Origin: Podarcis tiliguerta
Lineage: Eukaryota
DNA: 64,000 bases
Strand: one strand, 5' to 3'
Assembly (NCBI GenBank): GCA_965153285.1
Contig: OZ229112.1
Shown: positions 53,001 to 62,000 of the stretch, in pieces
Numbering within the stretch: position 1 is the first letter of the stretch
How the letters are laid out: each line of letters starts with the position of its first letter
Translations under genes and position numbers: made by a program
Notes under the pieces: model-generated
What the model was told of the DNA's origin: nothing
Seen by the model: only the letters and a program-made list of their open reading frames with translations
Databases searched by the model: none

Positions 53001-56000
53001 CAGGCTTGAGGCTCTTGCCTGTGACCCCTCAAGAAAGAGGCAAAATAACACTAAAATGTGGAAGGAAGATAACTATTCTGAGAGCAGCTCATGAAGGACT
53101 CATAGAGAAGGAGACCATGTTCAGGCTCTTAGGTGCCCAGCTGCTTTCTGGTGGCATAATTCATCCTGATACAGGACACAGAATGACTGTTGAAGAAGCA
53201 ATGAGAGAAGGGGTTATTGACCAGGATGCTGCTTGTGCTATTTTGACTCATCAGCTTCAGACAGGTGGGATCCTGTGTCAAAATTCATCAAAACGTTTGT
53301 CTGTAGATGAAGCTGTGCAGTGCAACTTGATCTCTTCTAGTAGTGCCTTGCTGGTACTACAGGCACAACGAGGCTTCATTGGACTCATCTGGCCACATAG
53401 TGGGGAAATATTTCCTGTATCTACATCTTTGCATCAAGGCATGATCACTAATGAGCAGGCCTGCAAAATTCTAAAGGGGCGGCAAAAAATAGCAGCACTC
53501 TATATTCCAGAAACTTGTGAAGTGATCAGCCTGGATGATGCAGCCCAGCAGGGAGTCATAGAAAGCAACACTTCATCAATTTTGAATAGTGTTACCCTAC
53601 CTGATGAAATGCCTAATGTGGAAGATATACCATTGCCTTTGAAAAAAGCTGCAAGATGGCTCTCGTCTTGTGAGCTTCAGGCATCCAACCAACATGCTGA
53701 TGGAAAGGATGTAAACACTTCTAGCACCAGTGAGCCCATATCTTGCCACTCGGAACAAACTCAAAAGCTATTCATGTCTTACCTAATGATAAATAGTTGT
53801 ATGGATGCGAACACCGGTCAGAGGCTTTTGTTGCATTGTGGTGACTTAAATGAAACAGTCAGCCTGTTAATGGATGGCAGTCGTTCTGAAAGTAATACAA
53901 ATGGGACTGAAGGGCAATTGTGTTTAAACACAAAAGCACAACATATTGAGCAACAGCCCAAAGGGGCAATGTTTAGTGATATCACTAGCAATGTTTCAGA
54001 ACAAGATATGAGTATTCAAAATATGTCCAGCAGCAATAAGAGGGAGGCATCTTGTAAAGATCACCAGAATGACATAGTCTCAGGGAGAAATGGTTTTCAT
54101 ATTGTGGCTGGTGCTTCAGAGCAGTCAGAATGTGTCACGAATACATCTGGAAAGGAAATCAATCCAGGTCAAAATCTTGAAAAAGAAAATGCACTTGGAA
54201 ATTTACTGAAACTTCCAGAACAAATGCCAGTGGAAGTGTATGAAAATTTAACTGTCCAAGCAAATGCTGAAAATGCTGAAATGAAAACATCTCTTTCTAA
54301 CTGTTCACAAGGACACCTTCCTCCAGTAGTAAATGAAGATAATATTTGCATTGTAGAGGGGGAGAACATTAAGGGGAGTGAAAACGACTCCCCAGGCATC
54401 TTCAATAGTGTTTTGGATGCAAATTATTCTTCAGCTATTAAGAAAGATGAGAAAGCTCAAGCAAGCACTAAGGTCTCACATCTCATGGACAACAGCCTGC
54501 AAAAATGCATGCCTCTGGTTTTGCAGATTGAAGAAGGCATTATGCTGATGAAGAACGATGAGGTGAAAGGTGAGGTAAAAGATGGCTTTCAGGATAGCTT
54601 ATACACTAGTATAGAACCTGACCAAAAATGTTTAAATGAACGCACTAAGAAAGAATTAGAGACTTGTAATGAGAGTGGGTTATTGCAAGTGGAAACGAAT
54701 GTCACCCCAGTATTGCATAACAATGATGATAGGAATGGCACGTTGCCATTAGAAGACCACTCCATAATGCACGGTGCATGTCTTCATATGAATGATATGC
54801 CACCACGAGAAGACGTTACAAATAGCTATGGCAATTCACAATTGGAAGACCATGCTAATACATTTGCTGGCTGTCTATTGGAAAATTACACCAGCATGCA
54901 AGATCAATTACCATTGGAAACTAGAGTGCATACACATGACAGTCAGTTACTGGAAGATTGCACCAATAACTATAGCATGTCAGTCCTAGAAAATACTTCT
55001 AATGGTGATTCACTTCTGGAAGACACCGTAAATTTGATCCATGGATTATTACAGAAAGAACAAACTGAAAGTGGACAACCTGTAGAAAATCAGATGAATA
55101 TCAGTGATGGAGAACAACCCATAGATAAGGCTAATATATGTAGTGTATCTTTGCTTGATGACCATACCAGTTCTGATGGCATTGCACTGTTGGAATATCA
55201 TACTGAAGATAAATATATTGGACCAATTCAGAGAAACGGTGCTATTACTCATGCTCATCCACTCAAGGATTCAATTGATACAAATGCTGGGCTCCCAGTA
55301 GAAGGCACTACTGACACTCTTGATGGATCATCCATTAAAATCAATACTGATAGTGAGTCCACATCACCTCTGGAAGTCAGTGCTAGTATGAAGCATAATG
55401 AACCACCTGCGAATGACAGCAAGTCAACATTTGAATGTGGCTCGCTAGTTCTGGAAGGCAATAACAGCAAGCAATCTGAGCTGTTGCCTAAAAGAGAACA
55501 TAGTACTCAGTCAGAAGATCCTTGTGATCCAACTCAACATAAAGATCGAGGTGAAGCCTGTGATGCTCCGCAAATTGATCATAACAATGGTACAGTTTGT
55601 AGCTCAGACAGAATAAACAAAGGTGACTCCTCTGTTGTTAAAGAAGATGCTACTCCAGAGCTCATCTACAGTGCAGTAGCCATCAATGGAGTAGCAGATA
55701 AGCTGCAAGAAAAAGCAAAATCTTCCACGGGCAACCCAAGTAGGGAAGAAGAATGCATTCTGTGCTTTAGTGAAACAAGTGACTCTGATACATTTGAAAT
55801 TATAAATATGACAGCATTCAATGCAAGGCTACTAGGCACAATTCTAGAAGACAAGGCAGAAAGCAGTAGAGATATAGAAGATAATGGTCAGAAAAAAGAA
55901 AGGGAAGAAAGTAAAGAGATTGACAGCTCCCTGGAAAAGTTGGATGAAGTTAAAATGCAAAGAGGTGAGCACAAGGGCATTAAAACGAAAGAAGATGACT

Positions 56001-59000
56001 CTGAGAGTGAACATGAAAGCATATGTATGGATAATGACAGTGATGATGAGGGCAGTGGCAATAGTGATGAGAATGGCAGTAGCGATAATGGTGATAATGA
56101 CAGTGGGGATGATTTTGAAGGTTATGATTATGTGGATTTTGATTATGATACTTACGAAGAGACAGATTATGAAGATGAAGAGGTATTGGAAATGCATTAC
56201 TCTCAGTGCCATGATAAAAACATTGGGGTCCAGGTGTCTGCACTTTCAGAGGCAACAGGAAACAATGGTTTACGGTGCCCTGAAAACTACAGTGCTGATG
56301 AATATCAAAATTTAGCTGATGTTGTTAAAGAAAACATTCAGGACCTACCATGTAAAAGTAAAGAGGGAAGCCAGCAAGAAACAGAACAGGCTTCTGACCC
56401 TTTCATGCAAGACAAACTTGCATTACAGAACAGTCAAACCTCCCAATTAAGCATAAGCAATGGTGCAACATCAGAAGGCGCAATTGGAACAGAAAATATT
56501 AGGGCCAAGTCTGATATACCTTCTCAAAGAAACTTACATGCTGAACACAGGGAAGCTAAAATTCTTGATGATACATCAATGCCATGTTTAAATTGTGAGA
56601 AAAGACAAGAAGTAGGTAATGGAAAACAAGCATCTACCAGTATGCCACATAGTCAAGTAGAAATTGGTGCTCTGGAACAAAATAAAAATGGAGTGTGCAT
56701 TCTGAAGGAAGGTCATATCCAGGAATCAAGTGGAAGCTTGAGGGAGCCTTATTCATCAGTTATTAAAAATAGTTATGAAATTACTGCCTCATATGATGAA
56801 AAAATAAGTATTGATCAAATTTCAAATAAGCCCACATTGGTTACAGACTCCAATGACATTGCTAAAGATGAATCAGTGCACTATGTAGAGGGGTTTGACC
56901 TCTCTACTTATTTAAAGCAAAGTGCGAAAGATATAATGGCCAAGGATATCTTAGCAATGAGAGAGAATGGTTCACCTTACCTAAAGGAAGGTGAAAGAGA
57001 CAGTGAAGAGAATAGAGAGGAGTTTGTGGTATCAGGAAGTGGAAACTGCGAGGGAAAACAGCACCTAAAAGAATTTCACTCCAAACAACAGCTGTTTTCT
57101 GCATCAGTTGTATCAGAACCTACAAGAGATAAAGTTAGCAAAGAGGCCAGTGCTCATTCCAAGGTGTATTATGATGAAAGCTACAAATGTGACTTCAACA
57201 ATATGGAGCACGTTGAATCTATTGGAAAAGTTGGGAGCAAGGCTGATGAAACAGCTTCTGGAGAAGATACATGTGTAATTGGATCATCTTCTAGTACTTT
57301 AGACACCAGAGATGATAGCCAGAATAGCTCTGAGCAGAAAGCACATGAAGCAGTGGTCACTCAAAACAGTAGTGTGGGGAAGCCTACGGAACATGACATT
57401 CTAGACCATGAGCCTACTTTCTCTCAAAATGGCATCCAGATAAAAATGCAGCAATCACTAAAAGATGTGATGCTTTCTAATTCTGCCCCAGTCAATGATC
57501 AGGAAGTTGTTTTTCCTGAAGTGCCTCCCACATTACCTGAAAGCTTAACAAAAATACTTAAAGGAAAAATAAAAGATGTTTACTGCAAGCAGGAAGAGGA
57601 ACCTTTAAGTTATATTGGCACAAAAGCTTTAATGCAAAATTTACTTAAAATGGTTGATAGCACACACTGGGAAAACGAGGACCCTACCAAATCTGCTGCC
57701 GAACATACAAGTGAGGATACTAGAAGTGCCTCAGTGGCTGCTTCGTTGTGCATACATGCAAACGAACCTAATTCTACCCCACCTATTTGGCTTGATAATA
57801 GAAGTCCTGATCTCCTCCTCGATATACTGAAACAAGACCATTGCAGTCAAAGAAATGAGAACACCCGTGAGACAAGGGACATGAAGGCCCAGACAGAAAG
57901 AGAGCAGGAGAAAAACGCTTCTCAGAATGACCATGCGTTTCCCATCTCAAGAGAAACTACAAGTTCATCAGGATTAAAAGCAGAAACTGCTGGAGAGACT
58001 ACTGAAGCATGCAGTAAGGCTCTTGATTTGAAAGGATACCATCAGCCCGAGAAGCAACCAAAAAGCTTCTCTGAAACCTTGGAAACAGAGGACTCTGGAC
58101 CAAGACCTGATTCAAAGAGCATGGTGAGTTACAATTACAATTTACTTACTTACAATTGTTACTTAAAATTTTTGTCTTAAGCAAAGACACGTAAAACAGA
58201 TGAAAAACGTCTTTGGTTCATTTTGGTGCTTGTGCTTGTTAGCATAATCAAAACATGGCACCTATATTAGCAGTATGCATTGAATCGCCTATCGCAAGGA
58301 ATTGAATGTCCCCTGGTTAACATCACAGTAGAATCACAAATGAACATTTAAATTGCATCTCTAGGCATTTTTTTTAAAAGAAACACACACCATCCTTTTT
58401 GTTTTTAAAAGTGTTTTTCTGCTACTGTGTTGATAAGTTCTAGTTATACTAAAATGACAATAATATTTTCAGAAGCAATGCTCTTGGTACTTGGAGAATA
58501 TGAGGAGACATTTGACAGTGGTTCAAGATATGAAATTTCTCTTGGATGACCTGCAGCCCATCAGTAATGACCTGGAAGACCTAAAAATACAACTTGAGCA
58601 GTTAGAGGTAAGCTTCTTATCTGTACATAGAAACCGAGGTTAAATAGTGAGGTCAGATGTCATTATTACTAAGTCTCTTTATATGCTGATCTTCCATGCA
58701 AAATAATATATTCAAGGTAGCTCATAAGACCCTCAAAACACAAGTCATCAGAATAAGAGTAAAATATGTATTATCTTTCATAAATACGCTAAATCTATTT
58801 GACTTACTTCACAAATCATAAAAAATATACTTAACATTAGCCAGTGATCATTACCCCACATTTCTCTCACCCATAGGCACAGAAATGTGCACCCATTTGT
58901 CATCTAATACAAATCAATGGAACAGCACACTCTTGAGTCCTTTCCCCACAGATCCCATTTACAGGCCTGGGCTACACATTACACTCTCTCCATGGGTGAT

Positions 59001-62000
59001 TCCCTCTCGGGTGGTGCGTGCATTTTGTAGTCCATTCCTGCTAATTTGTAGGAGGAAGAGAAAGGAGAGCATGATGAGCATGGCAACAATGTCTAAAGTT
59101 AAGGTATCCCTGGATAGATGGATGCTGAGATGAAGGAAAGAGGGGTGGTGCAGCAGTGGTTGGAGGAAGAGCTACTATGGAAAGTGATATGAGCAGTGTG
59201 GCAGGTGAGTGGGGAACAAGAGATAGCAAAATAAAAAGATGTGTATCTTGGAGTCTAGAGTTAATTTATCTCATTTGTGTGGCCATTTCCCAAGGTTCCA
59301 GGGCAATTCTAGGTGGGATGACCCCATTTTATTTTTGTATCAGCCCTGTGAGGTGGCTAGGTTCAGTGATAGTGACTTGTTGAGTGCCCATGAACATCAT
59401 GGCTGGGTGGGGATTTCAAGTCTCCCAGCCATCTCTAGGACTAATGGTAAGGTAAAGGTAAAGGGACCCCTGACCATTAAGTTCAGTCGTGGCCAACTCT
59501 GGGGTTGCGGCACTCATCTCACTTTATTGGCCAAGGGAGCCGGTGTACAGCTTCCAGGTCGTGTGGCCAGCAGGACTAAGCCGCTTCTGGCGAACCAGAG
59601 CAGCGCATGGAACACCGTTTACCTTCCCACCAGAGCGGTACCTATTTATCTACTTGCACTTTGACTTGCACCTCATCTGTATTTATTTTTTTGTAGTCAT
59701 TTGAATCAGGGCTTGCTGGCTTTGCTGTTACTCTGCGAAAAGATATGAAGTTAGCAGAAGAGTTTCTAAAATTTCAGCACAAGGATGTTCCCAGAGCACA
59801 GCTTGTGGATCTAAAAGAAGGCTATGAATGTTTGGAGAAGGATTTCTTTGGGGTCTGCGAAATGTCTTCAAATCGAGCAAAGCAAATAGTCTTGGCAGTA
59901 GACTCTGAAATGGTAGGTTCATAGCCCACATCAATTTTACTTCTATAGATTTTTAACCTATCCAACTCCAAACTTAGATTTAGTTCAACCATTTTAAACA
60001 AAACCAAGTGCAAAATGCACATAAGTATTGTAAAATGGTTTTGCATACTTGGTGACAAATTTATTGCCTGATACTAACTAGCTGAAACCCATGCTCTAAA
60101 AGTTAGTTCATAATGAATGATCCCTTGCAGCACAATCCTGTGCATGCCTGCTGTGTTCATTGGGGCTTCTTTGTAGGAAAGTGTGTGTAGGATTGCAGAT
60201 GCATTCCTTCTGAATCACAGTGAATACAAAAACTTGTGCATCCTTTGATTACTTGAACATCAAATGATGATGTGCATGTGTGATTCAGTGATCATAGATC
60301 AGCACCACAGACAAGAACTTTCTCAAACAATTCATTTTAATGTTTTCATGTTCAGTTGAGTATCATCCATTGATTGTGGTGGTGGTGGTAGTAGTAGACT
60401 TATAACCCACCCTGCACTAAATGGTCTCAGAGCACGTTACAAAAATACCAACCTAAATTGTTAAGCATGTGTACATGGATTTGTTCTTAGTTCTTAGTTA
60501 ATTTTGAAAGAAAAGGAGTTCCATTATTGTGAAATAGTAACTGGGATTGGAACGAAAAGCCTCAGTGCCTAGGGCTTGCCGATCGAAAGGTCGGCGGTTC
60601 GAATCCCTGCGGCGGGGTGCGCTCCCGTCGTTCGGTCCCAGCGCCTGCCAACCTAGCAGTTCGAAAGCACCCTTGGGTGCAAGTAGATAAATAGGGACCG
60701 CTTACTGGCGGGAAGGTAAACGGCGTTTCCGTGTGCTGCGCTGGCTCGCCAGATGCAGCTTTGTCACGCTGGCCACGTGACCCGGAAGTGTCTCCGGACA
60801 ACGCTGGCCCTTGGCCTCTTAAGTGAGATGGGCGCACAACCCTAGAGTCTGGCAAGACTGGCCCGTACGGGCAGGGGTACCTTTACCTTTTTAAAGAATT
60901 TTTGTTAGATAAGTGATATAAACTCTTTTGCCCATTGTTGAAGTGTCAGAATTAAATAGACTTTGCGTATGCAATTAGTATCATTAGCAAAGTGTTCTTG
61001 TAGATCTAAAATACGCCACATGTATATAGTGGGGAAAGTATCTACTTATTTTTCCAATTATGCTAGTAGCTTTGTTTCACTGTCCTCTAACTGAAATCTT
61101 TTGGTTTGGTTTTCATTTTAGTTTGGCTTAGATCTGTTGTCGGATAAATATCTTATTTGAACTTCTTTTCTAGGCTAAACTTTCAGTGCTTCATCAGAAA
61201 CATCTAGTCAAGCTTCAGGAGTTTACAGGTTGGATTGATGAGAAGAGTGAAATAATGAATAATCTCAAAGTGGATGCATGTGATATAGAAGATGTGAAGC
61301 AAAGGTTTCAGTTACTCAAGGCATGTATCATTTGGTGCCTAATCTGTCAGTGACTGTTAACTTCTAGATATGATGTTTTGTAGGTGATCTCCACTCTGAT
61401 TCAGTACTAGTTACCAATAACCTACATGTTTGAAGCTAGTGATAGTTTGGGTGATTATTGTTAGTTCAGATAGGCAGTCAGGATTTGTGAAAGTAACACT
61501 CCTATAGTTTTAACAGAATGGTTACAGAAGTTCTAAATCTCAATAGTAGAAAGTAATTCTTCCTTGAGGTTGGTGCTAGGCTCAACATCAGGAAATGCTG
61601 TCAATAAGTTTATGATTTAACTCATTATCAGTCACATATTTTGCACATATGTCCACCAAGACTGTAGCAAACACAGCCTCAGTGTAATTCCCTTCAGTGC
61701 AATGATTCAAAAATAAAGGGTGGCGTCAGCAGAAGACCTGAACAACTTCTGCTGATGCAATGGGGTTTCCCCCCTCTCCTCCCCAACATTACACTTAACA
61801 TTACAGTGGTATCTCAGGTTACATACGCTTCAGGTTACACACTCCGCTAACCCAGAAATAGTGCTTCAGGTTAAAAACTTTGCTTCAGGATAAGAACAGA
61901 AATCGGGCTCCGGCGGTGTGGCAGCAGCAGGAGGCCCCATTAGCTAAAGTGGTGCTTCAGGTTAAGAACAGTTTCAGGTTAAGAACAGACCCCCGGAATG

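Noticed and set aside
39236-58180. The 931-, 604- and 1893-aa ORFs as stand-alone genes
   Set aside because: Each has splice sites in phase with neighbouring DST exons. The ORF-track starts and ends run into introns.
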